DNA of 64,000 nt from Candidatus Binatia bacterium (GTDB lineage Bacteria > Desulfobacterota > Binatia > UBA9968 > CAXXLF01), in assembly GCA_963664015.2 (NCBI GenBank), contig CAXXLF010000002.1:1280001-1344000 (forward strand), given 5' to 3'. Under the pieces are notes generated by a model that made no database searches, was not told the DNA's origin, and saw only the letters and a program-made list of their open reading frames with translations. Position numbers and translations under genes: made by a program. The first letter of the stretch is position 1. Every line of letters begins with the position of its first letter. Shown here piece by piece: positions 40,425 to 50,477 of the stretch.

Positions 40425-41012
40425 ATGATGCTGGACATCGGAAATAAAGTTGTTTATCCGAGTTACGGTCCCTGTCGCATTGGCGCTGTAGTCATAAAAG
40501 AAATCGGTGGGAGAAGGACAAGCTTCTACCCGTTGGCCGTCATGGACGACAGCGGCAACGTGTTATTTGTCCCTGTGGACAAGGTGAAGACCCTGGGTAT
40601 CCGCCGGCTAATGGAAAAATCCGAGGTTCTCAAGCTGTTAAGTCAACTTCATCGGGGAACCCAGACAGCGATCCAACCCACCAAGGCTATGAACTGGAAG
40701 CAGCGTGCCATCGATAACTCGGCGCTGTTAGCCTCCGGTTCCGCATTTGATCTCGCTAAGCTCATTGCATCATTAACTGAGATGAACGAGACAAAGGCGT
40801 TATCACCGCGCGACCGCCAGGTCCTGGATAAGGCAAGAAATAATCTGATTTGCGAGATTTCTGAGGTAACAGGAGAGTCCGAAGGTGTGGCAGAGGGACA
40901 GCTAGACGACGCTCTCAATGTTAAGAAAGGAAAGGTGGGGAATTCAGAAAGATACAATCTAGAAAGTAATGGTTCCCCAGTCAATTTCCGTATGAAGAAG
41001 CATACCGCATAG
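40425..41012 (+). CDS. carD: CarD/CdnL-family RNA polymerase-binding regulator
   Basis: IGNKVVYPSYG RID, VPVDK..LGIR, NWKQR with the conserved Trp, LICEIS. Confidence 0.9.
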   Translation: MMLDIGNKVVYPSYGPCRIGAVVIKEIGGRRTSFYPLAVMDDSGNVLFVPVDKVKTLGIRRLMEKSEVLKLLSQLHRGTQTAIQPTKAMNWKQRAIDNSALLASGSAFDLAKLIASLTEMNETKALSPRDRQVLDKARNNLICEISEVTGESEGVAEGQLDDALNVKKGKVGNSERYNLESNGSPVNFRMKKHTA

Positions 41013-41102
41013 TCGTTTGAGATCACTGTCAGCACGGCCTAACCATGAAAAGAAAGTAGCTCCTCTGATACGGCTAAGGGACCAAATGGCGGGGAACGAA
41101 AA

Positions 41103-41330
41103 ATGAAAAACAGCATTACATACAAAGACTGCCTTATACAGGGCGAATCATTTCAACGAGAGAAAAATGGGACTTGGCTTCCCCAATATTCCTTGACGCG
41201 CCACGAGAGCGGAAGTAGGGGGGGCGGCTTTCCATCATACCAATACCAATTTAATGAAGCTTTCCCGACTGAAAGTGAAGCCGACAAGTATGCCCTAAAA
41301 CAAGCCAGGGAATGGATTGATAGGAACTGA
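41103..41330 (+). CDS. Small hypothetical protein
   Basis: 75-aa ORF with GGGG RBS; ends FPTESEADKYALKQAREWID. Confidence 0.6.
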   Translation: MKNSITYKDCLIQGESFQREKNGTWLPQYSLTRHESGSRGGGFPSYQYQFNEAFPTESEADKYALKQAREWIDRN

Positions 41331-41494
41331 ACAAGGGTTGGCTGGCACCTATTACCACAAACACAGGGTTCAAAGGTTGATACCGCAGCCGTTTGAATTC
41401 GAACTTTTAGGCTGACCGTCCGAATGGCCGAACGGTGCGCGAGCCTCAGCCACTGAAGCAAGACTTCTATCGAAGAAGCGGAGAGTAACCGATA

Positions 41495-41599
41495 CTATCG
41501 GGCGTTTCCTTTTTTGGCCCTTTTCTCTGCCCTTTTTTCCATCAAGCTTTTCTGTGGTTTTTTTTTGTCCTGTTTTTTAGTGTCTTTGCCTTTACTCAT
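41495..41599 (-). CDS. 34-aa Lys-rich small protein
   Basis: MSKGKDTKKQDKKKPQKSLMEKRAEKRAKKGNAR*; AAGGAG RBS; below the ORF-track cutoff. Confidence 0.7.
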   Translation of the reverse strand: MSKGKDTKKQDKKKPQKSLMEKRAEKRAKKGNAR

Positions 41600-41694
41600 G
41601 TTCGCTGCTCCTTCTGTCTGAGTTTGATAGGCTGCACGGAGAAATCACCCATCACCTATCGATCTTTCACGCCTTAAGCACCCACATCGCTTCA

Positions 41695-42039
41695 TCAATG
41701 ACCACAGCAATTTTTAGACTTTTTTCCGCTCCCACATGGGCAGGGTTCATTACGTCCGACTTTCTTCTCGGTTATTGTTGGTTTTAGCGGATTCATTAAT
41801 CGGTCTAGATCGCTAACATCTTCGGGTTTTTCTGGTTCCAGCCCAATTCGATATTTCCAATCGTGCTCTTCAAATGTCGATGTCACTTCCTTGAAGCGAG
41901 CTTCCGATTGTACGTTAACAACCGCGGGGTTCATTCGGGTGCCTAACCTGGAGGTTTTTTTAGCACCGAACATTTGTATACCGCTCTCGGCATCGATATC
42001 GCTTTTCACTCTTCCGATATCGAAAATTCCTTTCCCCAT
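41695..42039 (-). CDS. SEC-C motif protein
   Basis: C-terminal [19 protein letters not shown]. Confidence 0.85.
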   Translation of the reverse strand: MGKGIFDIGRVKSDIDAESGIQMFGAKKTSRLGTRMNPAVVNVQSEARFKEVTSTFEEHDWKYRIGLEPEKPEDVSDLDRLMNPLKPTITEKKVGRNEPCPCGSGKKSKNCCGH

Positions 42040-42534
42040 GGCTTTATTATTCCAGTTATTGTCGGATTTAGCTACGGCAAAGTTAACGCAATTGCGCCAT
42101 TGCCGTTTCTCTCCGCTGAAATTTCTTACTCTTCATGTCTAATCCTTAAGCCTATTCTACTCTGGGTAGACATACGTTCGTTCCTGGGATAATGAAGGTA
42201 CAGCCATGGACGGGTAAGTCTAACAATCATGCAGCTCAATTCTCCTAGGCAATCTACTTACCGACACTGTAGCGACGCTGGTTAACCTCGGGTGCCGTTG
42301 CTGCCTACACTCGTATGGATCATTTCGTTTTTTGGGGAAAAATAAATTCGTAGAGACCGGTAGAGTAGCCATGCACGTACGGACCCATCTTGGGACCAGA
42401 ACCCGGCGGCAAAGACAAACCCAGGGCTCGCCCAACCTTTGGGTTAAATCGGTTAATAAGCCCCTGCAATTTACACGACATTCGATGCTTGCCGAGAACT
42501 TAAAAAGAGGCTAAGTTGTTGAATTCTCAAGCGT

Positions 42535-42629
42535 GGAGAAGGAAGGTGCCCGGTGGTGCCGCTGGTCTTCAAAACCAGTCTGGGGGCCGTAAGGTTCCCG
42601 GAGGGTTCGACTCCCTCCCTTCTCCGCCA
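42535..42629 (+). tRNA. selC: tRNA-Sec (anticodon UCA)
   Basis: 8-bp acceptor stem GGAGAAGG/CCTTCTCC plus GCCA; anticodon stem gctggt-cTTCAaa-accagt (TCA at 42569-42571); long variable arm; GGTTCGACT; 95 nt. Confidence 0.96.
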
Positions 42630-42671
42630 TCATTAGGCCTTTACCTATCAAATCGACTTCAAAAGAGTTTT

Positions 42672-42720
42672 CGCCTTCGCCAAGGCTTCGGGAGATCCTC
42701 CGAAGCTTTAGCGTGAGAGG
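42672..42720. repeat. REP-like palindrome
   Basis: cgccaaggcttcgg-gagatcct-ccgaagctttagcg imperfect inverted repeat. Confidence 0.55.
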
Positions 42721-42721
42721 A

Positions 42722-42850
42722 TTTCGCGCAAAGACGCAAAGCACGCTAAGTTCGGAGAAATAGGAAAACGATTTTTTCTTTGCCGTCTTGGCGCGAGTTA
42801 TCTTCTAGCAGATTCCGTAATTTAAAGTTCAACGGAAAATTTCAGATGTC
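42722..42850. repeat. ~130-bp dispersed repeat, copy A
   Basis: tttcgcgcaaagacgcaaag...ttcggagaaataggaaaac...gtcttggc...ccgtaat..aaagttcaacg.aaaattt, shared with 43927-44056. Confidence 0.85.
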
Positions 42851-42855
42851 TTTGC

Positions 42856-43854
42856 TTAGCTTTTCCACGCCCGGATAAACTTCTTCGCATCTCCACAAAC
42901 GGGATCCGTAACCGGCACGTATGGGACAACCAAACGGGTCGCGCCGGCTTCAGCAAACGGGAGCAACCGCTCCTGGATCTCTTCGATCGAGGTACCCGGC
43001 ACCACTGGAAGCTTATCCATATAGCCGTCGGTAAGGGCGCCCATGGCCGCCTTGAAGCCGCCCTTTTTGAACGCCTCCTGGATGGTGTTCACCTCGGACT
43101 CGAAGCCGAGCCCCTTGAGCATATCGCTGTAGTGATCGGCCAGATTGTAGAAGGTCAATACTTGACGCAAGCGCGAGCGCGCGACGGTGCGATCCGGGTT
43201 CAGGGAAACCCGGCACTTGGCAATGATCTCTATCTTGCTCGGGTCCCGCCCTGCCTCCTTGGCTGCACCTCGTACCCGGTCGGCGATCTCGCGCACCTTG
43301 GCGGGGGTTGCCATATTGATGAAGACCCCGTCCGCAATCCTCCCCACCAGCCGCGTCATCTGTGGGCCGAGACCGGCCAGATATATGGGGAAGTTGGGGT
43401 AACTGGGCTTCCAGGAGAGTTGAAAACGCTTTCCCGTCGTGTAGATCTCGCCATCGTATTCGATACGCTCACCTGCCGCCGTTTTGCGCACTATATCTAT
43501 ATATTCCCGCGCGCGCCGTAACGGACGGTCAAAGACACCGCCGTGCCAAGCGGCGATGGCCTTGTTAGCCACACCTAGGCCGAGCAGGAACCGTCCGCCG
43601 GAAAGGTCCTGAAGGGTCGCCGTTTGGACCCCCAGGGATACAGGACTACGGCCGTATATGTGATAGATTGCCGTTCCCAGTTGGATGGTTTTGGTGCGGC
43701 TCGCTGCCGCTGACAGGAGGATCAGCGGGTCCGTGCTATTGGACTCGCCCTTCCAGAACGCGCCAAAACCAGCCTCCTCGGCCATCTCGACAAGAGGGAC
43801 CAGGCCGTCCGCCGGATAGTGTGCTGCCGAATTTAACTCAATGTCATAGATCAT
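42856..43854 (-). CDS. LLM-class flavin-dependent oxidoreductase
   Basis: AEEAGFGAFW, TKTIQLGTAI, SGGRFLLGLG, YLAGLGPQM..GRIADG. Confidence 0.9.
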   Translation of the reverse strand: MIYDIELNSAAHYPADGLVPLVEMAEEAGFGAFWKGESNSTDPLILLSAAASRTKTIQLGTAIYHIYGRSPVSLGVQTATLQDLSGGRFLLGLGVANKAIAAWHGGVFDRPLRRAREYIDIVRKTAAGERIEYDGEIYTTGKRFQLSWKPSYPNFPIYLAGLGPQMTRLVGRIADGVFINMATPAKVREIADRVRGAAKEAGRDPSKIEIIAKCRVSLNPDRTVARSRLRQVLTFYNLADHYSDMLKGLGFESEVNTIQEAFKKGGFKAAMGALTDGYMDKLPVVPGTSIEEIQERLLPFAEAGATRLVVPYVPVTDPVCGDAKKFIRAWKS

Positions 43855-43926
43855 TTTATTTCTCCGTCTGCTTATCTAGTGGATTCTTGTCGACGAATTA
43901 TTCAACAGGATGCCTTCAATAAACTT

Positions 43927-44056
43927 TTTCGCGCAAAGACGCAAAGTTCGGAGAAATAGGAAAACCATTTCCCCCCTTTGCGATCTTGGCGTCTTGGCAC
44001 GAGCTCTCTCCTAGCCGACTCCGTAATCCAAAGTTCAACGAAAAATTTAAAATATG
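43927..44056. repeat. ~130-bp dispersed repeat, copy B
   Basis: Direct, diverged repeat of 42722-42850. Confidence 0.85.
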
Positions 44057-44060
44057 CTAA

Positions 44061-45248
44061 TCAGGTCTTAACGATTCCCTCTTTCGCCAGTTTCTTAACC
44101 GTATCCTGACTCCACCCCAGCTCGTTCAATATCCTATCCGTGTGCTCACCCAGCAGGGGTGGTGGCTCGGCCACCCGCTTGGGTAAGTCCTTGTAGGTCA
44201 CTGGAGGCTCAACCAGACTTAGGAGTCCTACCATGGGATGTTTCACCTGATCAACCAGCCCCAGATGCTTGACCTGCGGATCGGCAAGGGCCTCTGCCAT
44301 ATTGTAGAGAGGGGCCGCCGGCACGTCGTTTTTCTCCAATCGCTTAAGCCACTGGTCCCGGGTACGGCGCGAAAAAACCGCAGACAGCTCACGGCGCAGG
44401 GCGTCGTAGTTTTTGCGCCGGGCAGCCCTCGTTCTAAACTTCGGGTCCTTTCCAAGCTCTACCCGACCCACGGTCTTGAGAAGTCCTACCCAAAATTTCT
44501 CGGGGACCGAACAGTGAATCACCAATGGAAGTTTATCCTTTGTCAGGAAGGCAAAGGCCTGCGCGTTCTTAACCCGCGCCATGCGGTTGGGGATTTCTCC
44601 CGTCCGAAGATAACCGGCTGCTGTCTCTCCGACCAACGAGAGAGTCGCCTGTAAGAGCGAAGTCTCAACCTTGGATCCCACACCGGTCTTTTCACGCGCA
44701 AGCAGCGCGCCAAGAATCCCATACCCGGCGGAGAGTCCGGTAAGGTAATCGGCTAGAGCGATTCCCATGATTTGTGGGCGACTGAGATCCGTCAGCACAC
44801 CCAAAAGTCCGCTCATAGCCTGACCCAGAGTATCAAAGCCGGGCTTTCCCGCGTATGGTCCTGTCTGGCCAAAGGCGGAGATGGAGCAGTAGACTAGCCT
44901 CGGGTTAAGGGACTTTAACGTCTCATATCCCAGGCCCAAGCGGCGGACGGTTCCTGGACGGAAGTTTTCTACAAAGACATCTGCCTTTTTGGCCAGGTCA
45001 ATCGCAATCTCTCGGCCCGTTTTGTTCTTCAGGTTGAGTACCAGGCTTTCCTTATTTCGGTTCAGGTGAGCAAAATTGGGGCTAAAATAGGGGTCCGGCG
45101 CAAAGTATCGGTACGGGTCTCCTTCAGGCGGTGACTCGATCTTAATAATCCGGGCACCCAAATCTCCGAGAAGTGAGGTGGCATAAGGACCCGTGACAAA
45201 AGTTGAGCATTCAATGACCGTGACGCCTTGCAGGATATTCACTCGCAT
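44061..45248 (-). CDS. CaiB/BaiF class III CoA-transferase
   Basis: GPYA..LGDLGA..IKIE, NRNKES, ENFRPG, SISAFGQTGP, catalytic ALADY. Confidence 0.92.
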   Translation of the reverse strand: MRVNILQGVTVIECSTFVTGPYATSLLGDLGARIIKIESPPEGDPYRYFAPDPYFSPNFAHLNRNKESLVLNLKNKTGREIAIDLAKKADVFVENFRPGTVRRLGLGYETLKSLNPRLVYCSISAFGQTGPYAGKPGFDTLGQAMSGLLGVLTDLSRPQIMGIALADYLTGLSAGYGILGALLAREKTGVGSKVETSLLQATLSLVGETAAGYLRTGEIPNRMARVKNAQAFAFLTKDKLPLVIHCSVPEKFWVGLLKTVGRVELGKDPKFRTRAARRKNYDALRRELSAVFSRRTRDQWLKRLEKNDVPAAPLYNMAEALADPQVKHLGLVDQVKHPMVGLLSLVEPPVTYKDLPKRVAEPPPLLGEHTDRILNELGWSQDTVKKLAKEGIVKT

Positions 45249-45462
45249 CGAATCCTACTTTCATCTGACCACATTATAAATCGCATCATAGTCAATAAGG
45301 CCCCCTAAATTAACTATTTCTCATCCGCCTACGCTTGGGAGCAAGCCGTATCCATGCAAGGAGGGAGGGCAAATGATCCCGGTGCTGGTATTTTCAATAG
45401 TCCCTTCTAAAAACAATTATTTAGAATGAGACCTCTTTGACCATAGCGTGGAGCATGGCCCC

Positions 45463-45666
45463 TTAGACTTCGCATTCCTTCACGGCAGTCCGAGCGGATA
45501 CCTGCGCTTGCTCGAGGGATAGGTACAGATTGCGCCCGTCGATGCAAAGGGGTACGTAGATAAAGTCAAATCCAGCCTTGGCGGTATTTTCCCTAACGGC
45601 CTGCCAGCGTCGGTCCCGCTCCGCGAGGGAATAGCCCTTCCAAGAGGTCTCCGCCGGTGAGCCCAT
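45463..45666 (-). pseudogene. Truncated N-terminus of an M24/creatinase-like protein
   Basis: YSLAERDRRWQAVR N-terminal motif and AGGAG RBS; the ORF ends after 67 aa. Confidence 0.5.
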
Positions 45667-45728
45667 TGGTCTGACTCCTTCTCATATGCCCTTGTATAGA
45701 GATCGTTTAGGACGAACCTAAGCCTATG

Positions 45729-46742
45729 TCAATGGGCAACTCGGATACCGGTTACCTACGGGAGACCCTCGAGAATCCGCCGGAATGACTCGCCTCCATC
45801 ATCGCTCATCCAAACGGCTCCGTCACTCATGCCCACCAAGAATGCGTCCGGGTCTTCCGGATCACCCGCCACGGCTCTTGGACCCGCCTTAAATAGATCC
45901 GGCAATCCACCGGACAGCCGATCCCAGGACAACCCCTGATCCTCACTACGATAGAAGGAGGTCGCGGCACCCTCAGGACGACGCCACGCTGGCGGCGGAC
46001 CCGAAGCCGCAGCCGTGTAAATAACCTCTGCCCGCGCAGGATGGGCAACCAGCTGTGCGATATACCGATGATCGAGGCCTTTGTTAGATTCCACGAAGTG
46101 ATCACCACCGTCCGAGCTTCGATAACCCCCTGTGCCTGAGGTTGAAATAACCACCGAAGGGTTATCGGGCATAATCGCTACCGAGTGCGAATCGAACTCG
46201 GTGCCGTCCTCGATGTTCTGCCATGTGTTGCCTCCATCCCTGCTCCGGATAAGCCACCCCTCTTCAATGGCGCCAAAAATGAACAGGGGGTCTCCGTCAC
46301 AGAGAGCGAGGCCATTGACGTGGCTCACATGGGGTGGATTAGGAAAGGTCCATTCCACGGTTTCCGGTAGGCTCCTAAGCTGCTCGCAGTCGGTCCAGGT
46401 GTCCCCTCTGTCAGTGCTCTTGAACACGGCAGATGGACCCGTCCCCACATACAAATCCCCTGTCTTGGGATGCTGAGCGAGAGACCAGGCTTATTTGTAG
46501 AGGATCCCCTCATTGATCTCGCTCCAAGTGCCGCCCCCATAGTCGCTGCGAAGAACGCCTTGTTTACTGGTAGCTGCAAAGATACCCTGAGGGTTTGTTC
46601 GGTCGATCACAACCGGACATCGGATCGCACCACTACCGTTCAGCTCCAGACGGCTTGTGCTATAGTCGTTGACCGTCGAACTTGCTTTAAACAGACCGTC
46701 CGCAGTACCAATGTGTAGGATAAGGCCTGCTCCCGGTGACAT
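45729..46742 (-). pseudogene. BNR/Asp-box beta-propeller pseudogene (paralog of 8601-9683)
   Basis: One frame with in-frame TAA (46491-46493, ILYK*AWSL) and TAG (45756-45758, GLP*VTGI). Confidence 0.82.
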
Positions 46743-47001
46743 ATTCTCCCTCCTTTTATTTTAAGAAATAACGCACCCTGGCAGTGTTCTACCGTGGGGC
46801 CCCACCTGAGCTCGATATCACAGGGGGTTAGGGTGTCAACAATGAAGGGACCTACGTAGAAGCACCAAAGGTTGCGCCGATTTCAGTGGCGGGACCACGG
46901 GCCCTCGCCCTCCTGGGGAAACTAGGCAGAGCCCACAATAGACCGTTCAGGATTTCAGATCGTCAATCTGAGATCTGCAATCTGAAATTCCTCTTCCCGC
47001 C

Positions 47002-48147
47002 CTATCCCCACACTCGTCGAGCCGTCTCTACCACCATCTCTAATTTTCTTTTTTGGTCATCCTCGCTGATAAGGTTGCCTACCACATCAGAGGCAAACCC
47101 ACACTGTGGACTGATAGCCAGCTGTTCGAGGGGTACATACTGGCTTGCCTCATCGATACGGCGACTGAGATCGTCAGGGGTCTCTATCTCGGGAACCTTG
47201 GTGCTAACTAGCCCCAGTACAACCACCTTACCCTTCGGAACAAAACGTAGGGGCTCAAAGGTTCCCGCCCGTTCAGTGTCGTATTCCAACAAGAAACGGT
47301 CATGGGTTAACTCGGAAAAGAGCCTCTCTGCGATGGCGTCGTAGGTCCCTTCCCGGTGCCACATGCTCCGCTGGTTTCCCCGGCACAGATGGATTCCAAA
47401 GGTCACGCCTTCAAAACCCCGAATGACTTCATTGTCGGCCCAGAGGGAGCGTTTAAAGTTCTCCATGGGATCTTCCCCTCTTTGACGCATCTCTTGCATA
47501 GAGGGTAGATCTACATAGGCGGTATACCCAGGAGCATCAATCTGAACGTAACCGCAGCCGGCGCCCGCTAAGTCACCAACCATCTGGCGCTCGATTTCCA
47601 CCACGGCGGCCATAAAATCGGCTATGGTCGGGTAAACCGAGGTGGAGGCCTTGTGATCAAATCGCTGGCTGATGCGGTCGGGGCCAATGAGTGTCACCTT
47701 GGCCGGTCTCTTCGCCACACCGCGTACGAATAGATACTCCTCCAGGGGCACATCCCGCTCGAGCCGTAATGGCTCCATGACGGGTCGGCGTTGGGCCACT
47801 GCGGTTCCCTTTGCCTCGCGGTTTGGAATATCCCAGCGTTGAAGTGGACTAGAACCCTCGACCCTTTTTTCATAGAATTGGATACCTGCAGGACCCGTGT
47901 CAAACCCCGTCACAGAAATCCCAAAGCTGTCCTGGAAGTTCAATCGACGGAACTCACCATCGGTGACTATGTCCAACCCAACTTCCTCTTGAAGCTTGAC
48001 TGCTTGGCGTATGGCGTCGTCTTCCACCTGGTGCAGCTCTTCGACTCGGATTTCACCCTGATCGAAGCGGGAGCGGACCTGCTTGAGATGAGCGGGCCGC
48101 AGGAGACTTCCAACAACATCAGTCCTAATCTTTGTCAGGTCACTCAT
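47002..48147 (-). CDS. Cobalamin-independent methionine synthase II family (MetE C-terminal-like)
   Basis: VGSLLRP, TDGEFRR, HLCRGN, LEYD, SPQCGF. Confidence 0.9.
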   Translation of the reverse strand: MSDLTKIRTDVVGSLLRPAHLKQVRSRFDQGEIRVEELHQVEDDAIRQAVKLQEEVGLDIVTDGEFRRLNFQDSFGISVTGFDTGPAGIQFYEKRVEGSSPLQRWDIPNREAKGTAVAQRRPVMEPLRLERDVPLEEYLFVRGVAKRPAKVTLIGPDRISQRFDHKASTSVYPTIADFMAAVVEIERQMVGDLAGAGCGYVQIDAPGYTAYVDLPSMQEMRQRGEDPMENFKRSLWADNEVIRGFEGVTFGIHLCRGNQRSMWHREGTYDAIAERLFSELTHDRFLLEYDTERAGTFEPLRFVPKGKVVVLGLVSTKVPEIETPDDLSRRIDEASQYVPLEQLAISPQCGFASDVVGNLISEDDQKRKLEMVVETARRVWG

Positions 48148-48289
48148 ATGGCCACCTCACATCAATCCAATGGACTCAGAAACACAAACCATCGGGTGAA
48201 GGCTCCTTCCCCCGGGACAACGAACGATTCCACGCCAGAACAAAAAGAAGGCCCCAGGGTTTGGCTTGTCCGTATTGTGTCAGCGGTTC

Positions 48290-49301
48290 TTATAAATTGA
48301 CCTTTTCGGCATAAAGGTCCATGATGAAACCACCAGCCTTGAGCTCGTCGAGGAGACGCAGCTCAAACAAGTCGAGTGGCTTTAGCTTCATGGCCTGTTT
48401 GTCCACCACAGTGGCCGCATCGAGCATCGCCTGCAGGGCCTCTCCGTTAGGGGCCGGCCAGGGTCCCAGTTGCACCGCAAGAGTATTGTACATGCTCTCC
48501 AGTATTGATGGATCGGCCACGGTAACATGCTTACCGATTATCAGAATGCTCTCGTTACGGTGCGTTAAATAATAATGGATGGACGCCACGTATCCCTTTA
48601 AAAAACGCCTGACGGCCTCCTCTTCCTTTTTGATCTTGGATCGCGTCGTGATCAAGAACGAGATAACGATAGGAACCTCTTTAATATCAATCACCTTGAG
48701 CCCGAGTCGGCTCGCCTCAACTGCCACCTGCCGACTCAGGGGGGCTCCCTGGATCAAATTTTAGGACAGGGCAGCGGCACGTGCCGGAGGAAATCTTACG
48801 GAGACCATCTCCACATCTTTGACAGAATCGATACCCTCGCGTCGGAGAACAACCCTGGCGATAAGGTCGGACCGTCCACCGGGGCGGGACATGCCGATCT
48901 TTTTCCCCTTGAAATCGCCAAGGGAGGTAATGCCGGCGGAGACCCCGAACTTATACTGCGCCCGGTTTGTGTGGGAGCCTAGGAAAACAAGATCACCTCC
49001 ACTGAGGATTGTTTGAAGGGGCGCGATCAAATTGCTCGATCCCAAAAGCACATCGACAGCGAGCAATCCTTGCCCCCCCCACTGGAGACGTCCTGGAGGA
49101 AGTTATCCTCGACAGCAAGGCTGTAGCGTTTGAAAAGGCCGGAATCTAATCCTATCCAGGCCCCGGCCGTCGCCACGCTGAATCCGTCATGAACGAGCCT
49201 AATTTTTTTCCTGTTCGGCCCCCATGGGAAATGGCAGTCGATAACAGGAGAAGACCGATCCCTACTGTTAGGAAGCCGCGGCTTTTTTTGAAAGACTTCA
49301 T
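48290..49301 (-). pseudogene. NMT1/SsuA-type ABC substrate-binding protein pseudogene
   Basis: Signal peptide MKSFKKSRG...; frameshifts near 49070-49220; in-frame TAA at 48761; DFKGKKIGMSRPGGRSD and VRRFLKG motifs. Confidence 0.78.
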
Positions 49302-49385
49302 AGCTCGCCCCTTCTTAAGCGTACCGTCAGGAAGACTGGCACCATCCGAGCCCCCCCCGCCCCCCCCACCACCACTCCACACCCC

Positions 49386-50315
49386 TTATTCGCTGGAGAG
49401 TTCTTTCTGCACCAATTCGGCAAGCATAGCAATAAAGTAGGGTTGGTCATTAGCGGCAGGGACACGGTGCATTTCCAACCCCAATTTGACGGCCACATTG
49501 TGGGCCTCGATGTCCAGATCGAAGAGTACTTCTACGTGATCACATACGAATCCCAGGGGAACCACGACGACATCCCGGCTACCCTCGTTGACAAATCCAG
49601 GGAGCAAGGTACAGATATCCGGTTCCAACCACGGCTGATCGGGCGATCCGCTACGGCTTTGATAGGCGATCTGCCAATGTTGGTGGCCGATCCTCTCGGC
49701 GACCGCCCGGGAGGCGTCGGTGAACTGAGCGACATAGGGGGAGGCGTCGGCCATCGCCGTAGGAATGCTGTGAGCCGTGAAGACGATGGGAGTCGTTGCC
49801 CGCCGATCGGGGAGAATCCGCGAGAGAGTGCGTTGGACCATGTCCGCCGTCCCTTGAATATAGAGCGGGTGAGTAGAGCAGCCGCGCGCGAAGCAGACCT
49901 CGGGAGTGTTGGCGCCCGTCTGCTCTCGGGCCTGTGCTACGTCACTCAGGTAACGGTCCCAGGATGCTTCAGTCTGAAAGGCCGACAGGATGATGCCCAG
50001 GGCCCTGCGTCGCCCATCCTGTCTCATCTGCTCCAATGTCTCGTGGAGAAAGGGATGCCAGTTGCGCATCCCCACGTACACCGGACGGTCCATTGCCAGT
50101 TCCTTGAGCCGCCGACGCAGGGCCTCGGCCTGTTGAAAGGTCAGTTTGTTGAAGGGCGAGCCCCCCCCCATTAATTCGTAATGGCGAACAACTCCCTCCA
50201 GGCGCTCTGGCGGAATGTTTCGACCCCGGCTTACCCTTTTTAGGAATGGGCGGACATCCTCTGCCTTTTCCGGTCCGCCGAAAGCAATTAATAGGATTGA
50301 GTCAATTTCATGCAT
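49386..50315 (-). CDS. hemH: Ferrochelatase
   Basis: FGGPE, GMRNWHP, FTAHSIP, YQSRSG..WLEPD, GFVCDHVEVLFDLD. Confidence 0.93.
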   Translation of the reverse strand: MHEIDSILLIAFGGPEKAEDVRPFLKRVSRGRNIPPERLEGVVRHYELMGGGSPFNKLTFQQAEALRRRLKELAMDRPVYVGMRNWHPFLHETLEQMRQDGRRRALGIILSAFQTEASWDRYLSDVAQAREQTGANTPEVCFARGCSTHPLYIQGTADMVQRTLSRILPDRRATTPIVFTAHSIPTAMADASPYVAQFTDASRAVAERIGHQHWQIAYQSRSGSPDQPWLEPDICTLLPGFVNEGSRDVVVVPLGFVCDHVEVLFDLDIEAHNVAVKLGLEMHRVPAANDQPYFIAMLAELVQKELSSE

Positions 50316-50477
50316 GGGGGGAAGGCAGGTGTATACACCTGCCCAAAGGTCAGATCGGTTTTCGGCACATTACACTCGCATGTACCGAAAATGGAATGGC
50401 CCAAAACAGGGGGGAGTGAGAAACACCCCCCCCCTCAATTGGATAATAGGGATGGAGAGAAGAAAACGTTCGAAGAG

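Noticed and set aside
35970-42534. Prophage or ICE call for the sigma/CarD block
   Set aside because: No integrase, structural, replication or conjugation genes, and no att duplication seen
32186-43902. Shared 15-mer TGTCGAC(A/G)AATTATT upstream of tctC (32186) and the LLM gene (43888)
   Set aside because: It could be a GntR-type site, but it has opposite orientation relative to the two genes, and one such near-match is plausible by chance
42722-44056. CRISPR array or integron attC interpretation of the repeats
   Set aside because: Only two long diverged copies 1.2 kb apart, no regular spacers, no cas or intI genes, and no clear RYYYAAC/GTTRRRY boxes
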